This document shows, in pieces, positions 21,206 to 30,631 of a DNA stretch of 64,000 bases; the stretch's first letter is position 1; each line of letters opens with the position of its first letter. The notes under the pieces were generated by a model that was not told the origin of the DNA, made no database searches, and saw nothing but the letters and a program-made list of their open reading frames with translations. The position numbers and the translations under genes were made by a program. Source of the stretch: a virus; IMG/VR virus record IMGVR_UViG_3300042862_000198, positions 32,001 through 96,000 of that record. One strand, given 5' to 3'.

Positions 21206-21223
21206 CCAGTTACTATAATAAAC

Positions 21224-21251
21224 AAGGAGGGGGAAACTCCTCCTTTTTTTT
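21224..21251 (+). terminator. Rho-independent terminator after MCP
   Basis: aaggagg(g)...ctcctcctt stem followed by a T-tract. Confidence 0.85.
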
Positions 21252-21304
21252 GATTTTAATTTAACTTAACCAATAATAATAATAACTAAAAACCAACAAA
21301 CAAA

Positions 21305-22321
21305 ATGGAAAATTTCACAATGGTAGAAACCGGAAAAGGATCAGCTAAAGTAACACCAATAGCTATAAGACCTTTTTTTGATTCAAGTGCTTCTAATATG
21401 GGCTTAGAAGATTATGGTATGTCTTTATTTGATGGGGTAACTCATCATGAACAATTAGCATGCTTAGAAAATAATGGAGTAGTAAGATATTTAACTGGCT
21501 TAAATGAATTTTCTCCAGAAATTAGATTATTAAATGAAGATGATAAAAATGCAAGAGTTAGAGAAATAAGATCTGCAGTATCTGAATTAGAAAAAGAATT
21601 AGCTGCAAATGTTATTGAATTAGATGATCCACAATTTTGGAATAAAGTAAAATTATTAAAACCTGATAATTCTCAATTTTGGAATAAAATTAGTATTGCT
21701 TGTGGAAATGAACCTTTATTTTTGGATCCAAAAAATCCATATGATAGAATTAAATTATATGGAATTGAAGCAGGAGGATTTTCATTGGTAGCTAAAAGCT
21801 TTGAAGATGCAAGATCAAGACCAGTTGCTCCTAAGTTTTACTTAGATAAAACAGAAGAAACAGTAATGGCTAGAACTGAATATAAGAAGTTGCGTAATAA
21901 GGCTCTTTCTGAACTTCAGAAATTATTTGATAAAAATAGTACCAAGTTATTCTACATTGCAAAAGCTGTAGATATAAATAGTACACAATATAAAAAGTCA
22001 ACACCTAATGATGTTATCTATGAAAACATGGATAACTATATCAATGGTTTAGGTGGAGAAGGTAATAAAGAACGTGCAGCTAAATCTTTTGTTGAAACTG
22101 CTAATTTAGATATGGAATCATTAAAAATCAAATCAATTGTAAGAGATTCCGTTTTTTTTAAGTATATTATAAATAAGGCAGATGGTTATATTTATCATAC
22201 TAAGTCTGATTCATTACTAGGAAGAAATGTAGCAGATGTTGGTGAGTATTTAAAAAATCCTTTAAATGAGGATATTTTAAAAGATTTAAATATTGCTGTT
22301 GAGAAATATTGGAACTCTTAA
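21305..22321 (+). CDS. Conserved crAss-like protein downstream of MCP
   Basis: 338-aa ORF in the usual post-capsid position (Y.TGL.E, FW motifs). Confidence 0.65.
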   Translation: MENFTMVETGKGSAKVTPIAIRPFFDSSASNMGLEDYGMSLFDGVTHHEQLACLENNGVVRYLTGLNEFSPEIRLLNEDDKNARVREIRSAVSELEKELAANVIELDDPQFWNKVKLLKPDNSQFWNKISIACGNEPLFLDPKNPYDRIKLYGIEAGGFSLVAKSFEDARSRPVAPKFYLDKTEETVMARTEYKKLRNKALSELQKLFDKNSTKLFYIAKAVDINSTQYKKSTPNDVIYENMDNYINGLGGEGNKERAAKSFVETANLDMESLKIKSIVRDSVFFKYIINKADGYIYHTKSDSLLGRNVADVGEYLKNPLNEDILKDLNIAVEKYWNS

Positions 22322-22333
22322 ACTAAAAATAAA

Positions 22334-23026
22334 ATGAAAGCAAAAAAAATGCAATATGGTGGTGTTAAAAAAATGCAAAAAGGTGGACCTAAAATGATTA
22401 GTACAGTAAAAGGAACCAGTGCAATAAATACAAAACTCAATCCAAAAAAAATTATTGAAACAGGTTTTAATTATAATACTGAATTAGCTAAAAAACAAAA
22501 AGCTGATACTGCCAAAAGAACTGCTGCAAAAGCAGCATCTGGTAAAAAAGTTAAAGCTGTAATTGAAGGTATAACTAGAGATAATCCTAAAAAGACTCCT
22601 ATTAAACCAAAAGCAACCACACAATATAAACCTGTCGGAAGTGCAAAAGTTTCTATAACAAATTCAAAAATAAAAATTGAACCTAATTTAGGTAAAAATA
22701 GTTCTTCTGTAAAAACTCCAGTTAAGACTCCAGTTGTAAAAACTCCTGCTGGTAAAACAGTATCTGAAATATGGAAAGAAAAAACGGGAACCTCTTGGTC
22801 TGAAGCTAAGAAAAAAGGTTTAACAGATGGTTCAATGAAAGCTAATTTAGCATTACTTGCAAAATTAAAATCTGGTTCATTTGATAAAGAAAATCAACCA
22901 CCAGCAAAAATGGAAACAAAAAAAGCAACTGATATGAAAGTATCAAGTACAGGTCCTACTGAATTAGCAGGAGTTAAGTCTCCAGAGAAAAAGAAAAAAG
23001 GTGGTATTATTAAAACTAAAAAATAA
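22334..23026 (+). CDS. Lys-rich protein with GG motifs
   Basis: KKMQYGG, KKMQKGG, VKTP repeats, KKGGIIKTKK*. Confidence 0.65.
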   Translation: MKAKKMQYGGVKKMQKGGPKMISTVKGTSAINTKLNPKKIIETGFNYNTELAKKQKADTAKRTAAKAASGKKVKAVIEGITRDNPKKTPIKPKATTQYKPVGSAKVSITNSKIKIEPNLGKNSSSVKTPVKTPVVKTPAGKTVSEIWKEKTGTSWSEAKKKGLTDGSMKANLALLAKLKSGSFDKENQPPAKMETKKATDMKVSSTGPTELAGVKSPEKKKKGGIIKTKK

Positions 23027-23035
23027 TAATTAATA

Positions 23036-23374
23036 ATGCCAAAAGATGCCTGTTATTCTAAAGTAAAAGCACAGTATGCTGTGTTTCCTTCAGCAAGGGC
23101 TTCTCAAGCAATTGCTAAATGTAGGAAAGGTTCTGGCGTAGTTAGAAAAACTAAAGCTGGTACAAACCTTAAAAGATGGCAAGCAGAGAAATGGCAAGAT
23201 ACAAAATCAGGTAAAGCTTGTGGTGCCGGTGGTTCTAATGAATATTGCCGGCCTACAAAAAGAGTATCAAAGGATACTCCTAAAACAAAGTATGAACTAA
23301 CTCCTTCTAAACTAGCTGCTAAGAAAGCTGAGAAGTCAAAAGTAGGTATGGGAAGAAGAGTAAAAAAAGCATAG
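23036..23374 (+). CDS. Small basic phage protein (KDACY.KVK...PSA.AS family)
   Basis: Motifs widespread in aquatic phages: L.RW..EKW.D, CRP.KRVS..TPKT. Confidence 0.7.
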   Translation: MPKDACYSKVKAQYAVFPSARASQAIAKCRKGSGVVRKTKAGTNLKRWQAEKWQDTKSGKACGAGGSNEYCRPTKRVSKDTPKTKYELTPSKLAAKKAEKSKVGMGRRVKKA

Positions 23375-23376
23375 TT

Positions 23377-23649
23377 ATGGCAAAGACAGCAGCTTGGACT
23401 AGAAAAGAAGGTAAGAATAAAACCGGAGGTTTAAATGCAAAGGGAGTAGCCAGTTATAGAGCAGCTAATCCGGGATCTAAACTTAAGATGGCAGTCACTA
23501 CTAAGCCATCTAAGTTAGATCCAAATGGCAAAGCAGCAAAGAGAAGAAAAAGTTTTTGTGCTAGAATGTCAGGAATGCCTGGTCCTGCAAAAAAACCAAA
23601 TGGAGAACCTACAAGAAAAACTCTTGCTTTAAGAAAATGGAATTGTTAA
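23377..23649 (+). CDS. Small basic phage protein (DUF6321-like)
   Basis: GGLNAKG..SY...NPGS.LK, RRKSFCARM.G, ALRKWNC. Confidence 0.7.
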   Translation: MAKTAAWTRKEGKNKTGGLNAKGVASYRAANPGSKLKMAVTTKPSKLDPNGKAAKRRKSFCARMSGMPGPAKKPNGEPTRKTLALRKWNC

Positions 23650-23665
23650 TTAAACTATATATATT

Positions 23666-24052
23666 ATGAAAACAAAATGTATGAGCTGCGGAGGTTCTAT
23701 GAAAAAAATGGCAGTAGGAGGAACTACTACTAAAAGAATAATTAAAAAAAGTACTGGTGGTATGTATGGTATACCTCAAGAAAATATGGGTACTTCTGAT
23801 CAATATGGTTTTGGACAGAAAGGTGGTACTGTTAAAAAACCTCTAAAGAAAACAAGAATTATTGATAGTAAAATTCCAATGAAAGGTCCAGGTGCTCCAG
23901 TATATAAACCTCTTTTAGCAAAAAAAGGTGGTACTGTAAAAAAAATGAAAACAGGTGGTGCAACTAAAGCAGCTAAGTTTGCAGCATTAGCTCCTCCATA
24001 TAATAAAGCAACTTTTGCTGACAAAATTGTTGGTGCTAAAAAGAAAAAATAA
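23666..24052 (+). CDS. Lys-rich protein built from short GG-terminated units
   Basis: MSCGG, MAVGG, KSTGG, GQKGG, AKKGG, MKTGG within 128 aa. Confidence 0.65.
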   Translation: MKTKCMSCGGSMKKMAVGGTTTKRIIKKSTGGMYGIPQENMGTSDQYGFGQKGGTVKKPLKKTRIIDSKIPMKGPGAPVYKPLLAKKGGTVKKMKTGGATKAAKFAALAPPYNKATFADKIVGAKKKK

Positions 24053-24198
24053 TGGCTGAGAAGAAGGATAAGAAGTGGATACAAAAAGCAGTTAACCCTA
24101 AACATAAAGGTTACTGTACTCCTATGTCTAAACCTACTTGTACACCAAAGAGAAAAGCATTAGCTCGGACATTTAAAGCAATGGCTAAAAATAAATAG
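24052..24198 (+). CDS. Small basic protein (48 aa, missing from ORF track)
   Basis: MAEKKDKKWIQKAVNPKHKGYCTPMSKPTCTPKRKALARTFKAMAKNK*; TAATG-coupled. Confidence 0.65.
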   Translation: MAEKKDKKWIQKAVNPKHKGYCTPMSKPTCTPKRKALARTFKAMAKNK

Positions 24199-24201
24199 AA
24201 C

Positions 24202-24900
24202 ATGTTAAATAGCACTATTACTATAAAAATGAAGCAAAGGCTTAATAAGCTTGACAGCAATGACTATGATAATATAGAGTGCTGGCAAATTGTTGAGTCT
24301 TTTAATAAAGCACAAGTAGAGTGGACTAGGAGACAATTACATGGAGGTAATCAATATAAAGAAGGAGATGAACAATCTACTAGAAGAAAAGATGACCTAC
24401 AAGTATTAATGAAAAAATATGATTTATCATTATATCCAAAAGATTATTATTATTTTGCAGCATTACCGGAAGATTATTTACAATGGAAAAGAACAGATGT
24501 ATTTGCCAAAAATGATTGTTGTGATAAAAGAAGAATGACAGTATATTTTGCAGAAGAATCAAATCTACAACAATTATTAAATGATAAACTAAAACAACCT
24601 AGTTTTGAATGGGCAGAAACATTTGCTACTTTAATAGGAAATGATGTACATATATATACTAACAATCAATTTAATATAGAAAGTGCAGACTTAATATATT
24701 ATAGACAACCTATTAAAATTCAAATAGAAGATTGTATTGATCCTTACACAGGTGTAGTATCTTTAACAAATGTACAATGTGAATTTAAGGATGATATAAT
24801 AGAATTACTAATTGATGAAGCAGTAAGTATATTAGCAGGAGATTTAGAGTCTAATAATCAGTTTGCTAGAGGAAGTGCAAATGCAGAAAAAAATAACTAA
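24202..24900 (+). CDS. Tail ring/head-tail adaptor protein
   Basis: LNK.DSN, FNKAQ, LP.DYL, Y.RQP, I.D.AV pattern of crAss ring proteins. Confidence 0.6.
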   Translation: MLNSTITIKMKQRLNKLDSNDYDNIECWQIVESFNKAQVEWTRRQLHGGNQYKEGDEQSTRRKDDLQVLMKKYDLSLYPKDYYYFAALPEDYLQWKRTDVFAKNDCCDKRRMTVYFAEESNLQQLLNDKLKQPSFEWAETFATLIGNDVHIYTNNQFNIESADLIYYRQPIKIQIEDCIDPYTGVVSLTNVQCEFKDDIIELLIDEAVSILAGDLESNNQFARGSANAEKNN

Positions 24901-24902
24901 AA

Positions 24903-25355
24903 ATGGAAAAGCCTAGACTATTAAAAAGAAATACTGAATCAACTGCATCATACTCAAGTGCTCCAGCAGGAGGCTCTATAGATACAATGACAGCAGCATG
25001 TGTATCTGAATTAATGAATGCTTCTACAAGTTTTCATAAGTTACATCTTAAAGTAACTGGTGTAGGATCATTTGCTGCTCATAAAACTCTTAATGATTTA
25101 TATGATGCATTAGTTGATCATGCTGATAATTTAGCTGAAGGATATCAAGGAGCAACAGAAAAATTACTTACTTACTCTGAGTCATCTCCTAAAACTTTAA
25201 ATAGTGTAGATGAAGGATTAAATTATATTCGTGAAATAATAAACATGGTAACTGACTTACAATCTAAAATACCATATTCAGAAATAGTAAATGAACTTGA
25301 CACAGTTAAATCAAGTTTAAATTCTGCAAAATATAAATTAAAATTCTTAAAATAG
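24903..25355 (+). CDS. Dps/ferritin-like protein
   Basis: HKLHLKVTG.GSFAAH..L..LYD......D.LAE four-helix ferroxidase pattern. Confidence 0.7.
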   Translation: MEKPRLLKRNTESTASYSSAPAGGSIDTMTAACVSELMNASTSFHKLHLKVTGVGSFAAHKTLNDLYDALVDHADNLAEGYQGATEKLLTYSESSPKTLNSVDEGLNYIREIINMVTDLQSKIPYSEIVNELDTVKSSLNSAKYKLKFLK

Positions 25356-25422
25356 TTTTGATATTTCAAAACTTTTTATTATATTATATATGTATTATAT
25401 TATTAACTAAAAACTAAAAACA

Positions 25423-27138
25423 ATGAGTTATTTTAATCATGCTTTTAAGAAAGCATTCTTGGCTACAGGGCCAACACAAACAGCTGTACCTATTACTAAT
25501 CCTTTAGGAGGTTCATTAGGTACTGCTACAACATCTCTTGGCTATTTAACTACAGGTGGTTTGCCAACTTATACTCTTAATCAGTTATCTGCATTAACAG
25601 TTGCTACTTATGGTACTGCACCTACAGCTACTACAGATGGTTATATTGGATGGTTTAATCCAAGAACAAATGTATCAGTTGATATTAATGACGAAGAATT
25701 TGCTCCTTGTTGTAATTTATATCTTGCTGGTTCAGCAATTTATTCTAATGATAAAATTGGTCCATTAGCAGGTGGTTATCAAGAGACTAACAAGTCTAAA
25801 ATGATTAATCCTAAATATGTATCTAGGTTTTATTCATCAGCACCATGTGCTCCACAAAATAATGTTATTCACGTAGGTTCTACTTACTGGACTGCAGGTG
25901 GTGGTATTTTAACTGTTAATGCTGCTATTACTGGAACAAATACATTGTATGCAGTTTCTGCAACTGATGTTGTTGCAAAACCTGTAACTACTACAGGTAC
26001 TGGAAAAGGTCTTGAAATTTCTTATGATACAACTGCAGGTGGTAAAATTGCTAATAGTTCAGTTGTTATTCTTAATCCTGGAAAAGGATATGCTGTAGGA
26101 GATACAGTAACTGTTCCTTATTCAACTGGTTTACCTGGAAATGCAATTATTACTATTTTAACAGTAACTACAGCACATACTCAAACAGGTTGTGGTACAA
26201 CATCTACATGTTGTAAAGAATTTCTTTGTGGTGAAACTTACTCATTAAGAGTAGATGTAAAAGGTTCTCCTGCAATGAGATTTTTAAATCACAATGCATA
26301 TGCTACTATTGATGCTTATACTGGTTGTTGTCCAGATGGTGCTATTGCACCTACAGCTGTTGATTCAACTGGAGTATTTATTGCATGGGCAAATGGTTTA
26401 ATTACTAATCCAATTGTAGCTCCGTTTTTACAAATTGTTGTTCAAACAGAACTTGGTGATTTATTATATGCTCCAGGTACATCTGCTGCATTCTTAACAG
26501 CTAATGGTGCTACTACTTGGGATTTATATGTATCTCCAGGACACACAGCTAATGCTTGTGCAGGAATAATTATAAATGGTGCATATGTAGATACTAAGTT
26601 TGGAGATTGTTCATTCCAGATTTCTGATTTCTATGAAAAAGAGCCAGTTAGATTATATGCTTCTGAAGTAGATCTTAATGGTGATCCTTGTACATTTGAT
26701 TCTTTATGTACAGTTACTGAATGTGAAGGTCTTCAAGCTCAAGGTTTAGGTGAAACTATTTTAAGAGATCTTACTTTGTCAGAATCTTACAGACAAAATT
26801 TCTTAGCAACAGATATCCGTATCCGTGAGATTACTCAAGGAAATCAAATTGTAACTTCTATTAATAGAAATGCACAGTATTACAGATACATGTTACAACA
26901 CAATGTACCACGTAATTACAATCCATCAGGAACATTTGATTCAGATCAGTATGTATTAGAGATATATTCTTTATTACCTCTTGCAACATTTTATACTGAT
27001 ACTGCTGGATGGTTAGGGTCTTGTGGTGTATGTGAAACAGAAGAATATACATGTTCTACAACATGTGTAGTTCCTATTCTTTTCCCTGCATTACCTGTAT
27101 TTAATCCTTATAATACAGTTTCTTGTTGGGGACTATAA
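25423..27138 (+). CDS. Abundant structural protein (auxiliary capsid/decoration-like)
   Basis: 571 aa, Thr/Gly/Cys-rich, own promoter-like element and terminator, internal NPGKGYAVGD fibre-type insert. Confidence 0.55.
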   Translation: MSYFNHAFKKAFLATGPTQTAVPITNPLGGSLGTATTSLGYLTTGGLPTYTLNQLSALTVATYGTAPTATTDGYIGWFNPRTNVSVDINDEEFAPCCNLYLAGSAIYSNDKIGPLAGGYQETNKSKMINPKYVSRFYSSAPCAPQNNVIHVGSTYWTAGGGILTVNAAITGTNTLYAVSATDVVAKPVTTTGTGKGLEISYDTTAGGKIANSSVVILNPGKGYAVGDTVTVPYSTGLPGNAIITILTVTTAHTQTGCGTTSTCCKEFLCGETYSLRVDVKGSPAMRFLNHNAYATIDAYTGCCPDGAIAPTAVDSTGVFIAWANGLITNPIVAPFLQIVVQTELGDLLYAPGTSAAFLTANGATTWDLYVSPGHTANACAGIIINGAYVDTKFGDCSFQISDFYEKEPVRLYASEVDLNGDPCTFDSLCTVTECEGLQAQGLGETILRDLTLSESYRQNFLATDIRIREITQGNQIVTSINRNAQYYRYMLQHNVPRNYNPSGTFDSDQYVLEIYSLLPLATFYTDTAGWLGSCGVCETEEYTCSTTCVVPILFPALPVFNPYNTVSCWGL

Positions 27139-27163
27139 GAACAAATAATTAATTATTAACTAG

Positions 27164-27200
27164 AAAGGGGAGAAGAGTTTCATACTCCTCCCCTTTTTTT
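27164..27200 (+). terminator. Rho-independent terminator
   Basis: aaaggggag.agagt...actcctcccc stem followed by a T-tract. Confidence 0.8.
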
Positions 27201-27211
27201 ATATAAATACT

Positions 27212-27754
27212 ATGGCAAATCATGTATTAAGTTTAGAGGTACCTACTGTGATGAACACATGTATTTTAAGTATATTTGATACAAGTGTATATTCTGAATT
27301 AATTCCTGTTAGCTGTCCATTATTAACTATTACAGTACCAGGTTTTGCATATTCTGTACAAATTCCAGTTTCACCAAATTTCAATGAAACTATAACAGCA
27401 TGTGATTTAAATTTACAAACAGAAAATTGTGGAATAAGTTATAATAATATACCTGATGGTATTTATATTATTAAATATTCAGTAGAACCATCTGATATAG
27501 TATTTGTAGAATACAATCATTTGAGAATTACAAAAGCATTAAATAGATATAATAATATTTTATGTAGAGTGGATGTTGCTGATTGTGACCCACCTTTTAG
27601 AATTAAAGAAAAATTAGAAGCACTTAGAATAATACGTATGTATCTAGATGCTGCTAAATCTAAAGTAGAAGTTTGTCATGAACCTCAAAAAGGAATGTCA
27701 TTATACAACTATGCTTTAAAACTTTTAATGAAAATGGAATGTGTAAATTGTTAA
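27212..27754 (+). CDS. Conserved crAss-like structural protein
   Basis: D.S.Y, I.VPG, IPDGIY.IKYSV.P motifs. Confidence 0.6.
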   Translation: MANHVLSLEVPTVMNTCILSIFDTSVYSELIPVSCPLLTITVPGFAYSVQIPVSPNFNETITACDLNLQTENCGISYNNIPDGIYIIKYSVEPSDIVFVEYNHLRITKALNRYNNILCRVDVADCDPPFRIKEKLEALRIIRMYLDAAKSKVEVCHEPQKGMSLYNYALKLLMKMECVNC

Positions 27755-27781
27755 ATTATTAAACCTTTAAAAACCAACCAA

Positions 27782-27994
27782 ATGAGTCAATGTTCAAATT
27801 GTAATCAAAAATTATCTTGTGGATGCCAAAGAAGAAATGCATCTAATGGAGTTCAAGTATGTAGTAATTGTTTAACTAGTTATGAATCTCAAATACAAGC
27901 TACTAATCAACCTTCTGTAATTACAGAAGCAGAAGTAAAAACAGAAGAACCTCTTCATAGAAGAGCAATGTTACAAAGAAGATTTACAAAATAA
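27782..27994 (+). CDS. Small Cys-rich (Zn-binding) protein
   Basis: CSNC...SCGCQ...CSNC; AACCAAC leader. Confidence 0.6.
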   Translation: MSQCSNCNQKLSCGCQRRNASNGVQVCSNCLTSYESQIQATNQPSVITEAEVKTEEPLHRRAMLQRRFTK

Positions 27995-28003
27995 AATTAT
28001 ATA

Positions 28004-30571
28004 ATGCCTGATACTGCTTTAATTTATTTTATTCCTTGCTGTGCTCCTGGAGATACTAGTATAGTATTTAGAGGTGCTCCTATTGCTGGTATAACAAATA
28101 ATTCTTATTGGGTTTATACAGATGCAACAGCTATTCTTGGACAAGGTACATCACCATGGGATTCATTAATCCCTGGTCAATGTTATAATATATTTTTTGG
28201 TTCAACACCAGGTATTTCTACTGCTCCAATACTTACTTTAACTGTTTCTAGTTTTAGTAATAGTGCAGCTTATTTTCAAACAGATAAAACATGTACCGCA
28301 CCTTATTGTGTGAATATTTGTAATCCTTTACCACCACAAGAATTTACAAATAGATACTATAAGTTTACACCTTGTTGTGATCCTGATAATCCAGTTTATT
28401 TTAAACCTGTTACTTTAGGAACACAGATAGCAACCGGTGTTGCAATATATTCTGCAACAATTACTCCAAATCCATATCCAACAACTGATATTTTTGGAAA
28501 TCCAGATAATCCACTTATTGCTAATTTTTGTTATAGCATAACAATGGAAAATGCAGGACCTGGAATGCATGTAACAAATGCTACTGAATGGAATAATTTA
28601 CAAGAAGCTCCTAATAATGCTTCATCAAATTTTTTATATGTAAGTCAAGGTACAAGTTGTACAGCTCCACAAGTTATTAGCAGTTGTCCAAGTTGTAATC
28701 CTTTTTGTTTTACCTTATGGTCATGTGATGGTTCTCAACCTCTTTTTACAACTTATACAGATTTAACAGCTTATATCGGAACTAATATACTTGTAAGTAG
28801 TTTAGATCCAGATGATAATATAGTTGATGTTTGTGTATTTGTTCAAGACTCAACTGGTAATAATTGTACAAATGCAATTGAAGTTGTAGTAGAATCAGAA
28901 ACTTGTGAATGTGACTGTACATGTTATACTATACTTGGTGTAATTAAATCAGTAGAATGGATTGATTGTGATGGTGTCTATCATTTAGTAGCTACACCAC
29001 AAAGTCCTTTTCAAATATGTGCCGGAGCATATCCATTAACATATCCTTCAATACCAGATAACCCTTTACAAATTATAGACAATGGTTTATGTATTGAAAG
29101 TACAATTTTTAATGATGAAACATGTGAGGAAGAAACTGTATTTAATTGTGAGCCTGCTTGTTATTTATTAGAAGATTGTTTAGATAATACAAATGTTATT
29201 TATTCTAACTCACCTTCATTACTTGGTCCTGCAAATCTTGGACAAGTAGTTACTATTGCTGGTTATACAGAATGCTGGAAAATATTAATTCCTCAAATAT
29301 GTGACTGTCCAATAAATGTAACAGTATTAACAGTAAGTGACTGTTGTGAAGCATGTTTACCTAATATAAATTATAAACTTACAACCTGTAATGATTCAAA
29401 TGTATATGTTTATACATCAGATGATTTAAGTCTATATGTTGATAAAGTTATAAGAAGAGAAGACTGTCCAGATGAATGTTGGATTGTATCTCAAATTGAT
29501 GGTAACATACCAACAGATATACCTATTGTAGTTTTAGAAGATTATTTAGATTGTGAATTATGTTATAGAAAATATTATTTGCTTGAAGATTGTATAGGTT
29601 TACAAAATGATATAATAACATATACGGATCTTTCAGATTATGTTGGTAAAGTAATTACATTAGATTGGTGTCCTGAAACATGTTGGGAAATAACTGAAAC
29701 TATTGAAGATGATACTGCTGGTATTATATCAGATATTTTAAATACATATAATGTCTGTGTTGATTGTTTAACAAATGCTTCTTGTATTTGTAGTACAATA
29801 AAAAATTATAATACTATATCACAAATATATAAGTATTTAGATTGTTATGGAATATTACAAAGTATTACATTACTTCCAAATCAAAAAAGTAATAGGTTAT
29901 GTTTAATAAGATGGTATGCACCAGAACCTTGTGATGAACTTATAGTAACTATAACATCTTCTACAGGAATTGTATCTAATATTACACTATATCAAAATAG
30001 TGTAAATCATCCAGGACCTGTAATTGTAAATGATAAACCAACTTGGAAAGATACAGGAAATAATTTATATATATATTATGATGGTGCAAAATGGATATTA
30101 AGTAAAAATTTGACTCCATCGGTATTACCTTCTGTTTATACTACTATTGGTTTTATTAACTGTAATGGAGATTGTGATTGCCCAACAGGAACATGGGAAC
30201 AAAGTTCAAGCATTCCAAATCAAGATGTTTATGTAACAACTGAACTTAAATATACAATAGAATATTTTGGTAACTGTATAAATGGTGTATGTCCTCCAAG
30301 AAAAAATAGTCAAAAATCTGTTACTCCTGGTTACAATACTCCAGGGTGTGAAGCATGGAAGTATGAAGAAATTTCTTGTAGAGCTGCAGAAGCAATGTAC
30401 AAACAAGTTTTAGAATTAAGATATGGAATATCAAATTGTTGTCCTGATGAGGATGAACAATATATTGTACAAAAAGAACTTATAGATTTAGCTGCATTAA
30501 ATGATCCAGCTTATCCATGTTCTACAAATTCATGTGGATGTAATAATGATTGTAATTGTTCAACAACATAA
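28004..30571 (+). CDS. Cys-rich repetitive structural protein
   Basis: Repeats of Y.L.DC...I.T..DLS.YV..V......CW.I...C..C. Confidence 0.65.
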   Translation: MPDTALIYFIPCCAPGDTSIVFRGAPIAGITNNSYWVYTDATAILGQGTSPWDSLIPGQCYNIFFGSTPGISTAPILTLTVSSFSNSAAYFQTDKTCTAPYCVNICNPLPPQEFTNRYYKFTPCCDPDNPVYFKPVTLGTQIATGVAIYSATITPNPYPTTDIFGNPDNPLIANFCYSITMENAGPGMHVTNATEWNNLQEAPNNASSNFLYVSQGTSCTAPQVISSCPSCNPFCFTLWSCDGSQPLFTTYTDLTAYIGTNILVSSLDPDDNIVDVCVFVQDSTGNNCTNAIEVVVESETCECDCTCYTILGVIKSVEWIDCDGVYHLVATPQSPFQICAGAYPLTYPSIPDNPLQIIDNGLCIESTIFNDETCEEETVFNCEPACYLLEDCLDNTNVIYSNSPSLLGPANLGQVVTIAGYTECWKILIPQICDCPINVTVLTVSDCCEACLPNINYKLTTCNDSNVYVYTSDDLSLYVDKVIRREDCPDECWIVSQIDGNIPTDIPIVVLEDYLDCELCYRKYYLLEDCIGLQNDIITYTDLSDYVGKVITLDWCPETCWEITETIEDDTAGIISDILNTYNVCVDCLTNASCICSTIKNYNTISQIYKYLDCYGILQSITLLPNQKSNRLCLIRWYAPEPCDELIVTITSSTGIVSNITLYQNSVNHPGPVIVNDKPTWKDTGNNLYIYYDGAKWILSKNLTPSVLPSVYTTIGFINCNGDCDCPTGTWEQSSSIPNQDVYVTTELKYTIEYFGNCINGVCPPRKNSQKSVTPGYNTPGCEAWKYEEISCRAAEAMYKQVLELRYGISNCCPDEDEQYIVQKELIDLAALNDPAYPCSTNSCGCNNDCNCSTT

Positions 30572-30631
30572 TTTAAATATATAGCAATAAGATAATATAC
30601 TACTTTAAATAAAAATAAAAAAATACTAAAA

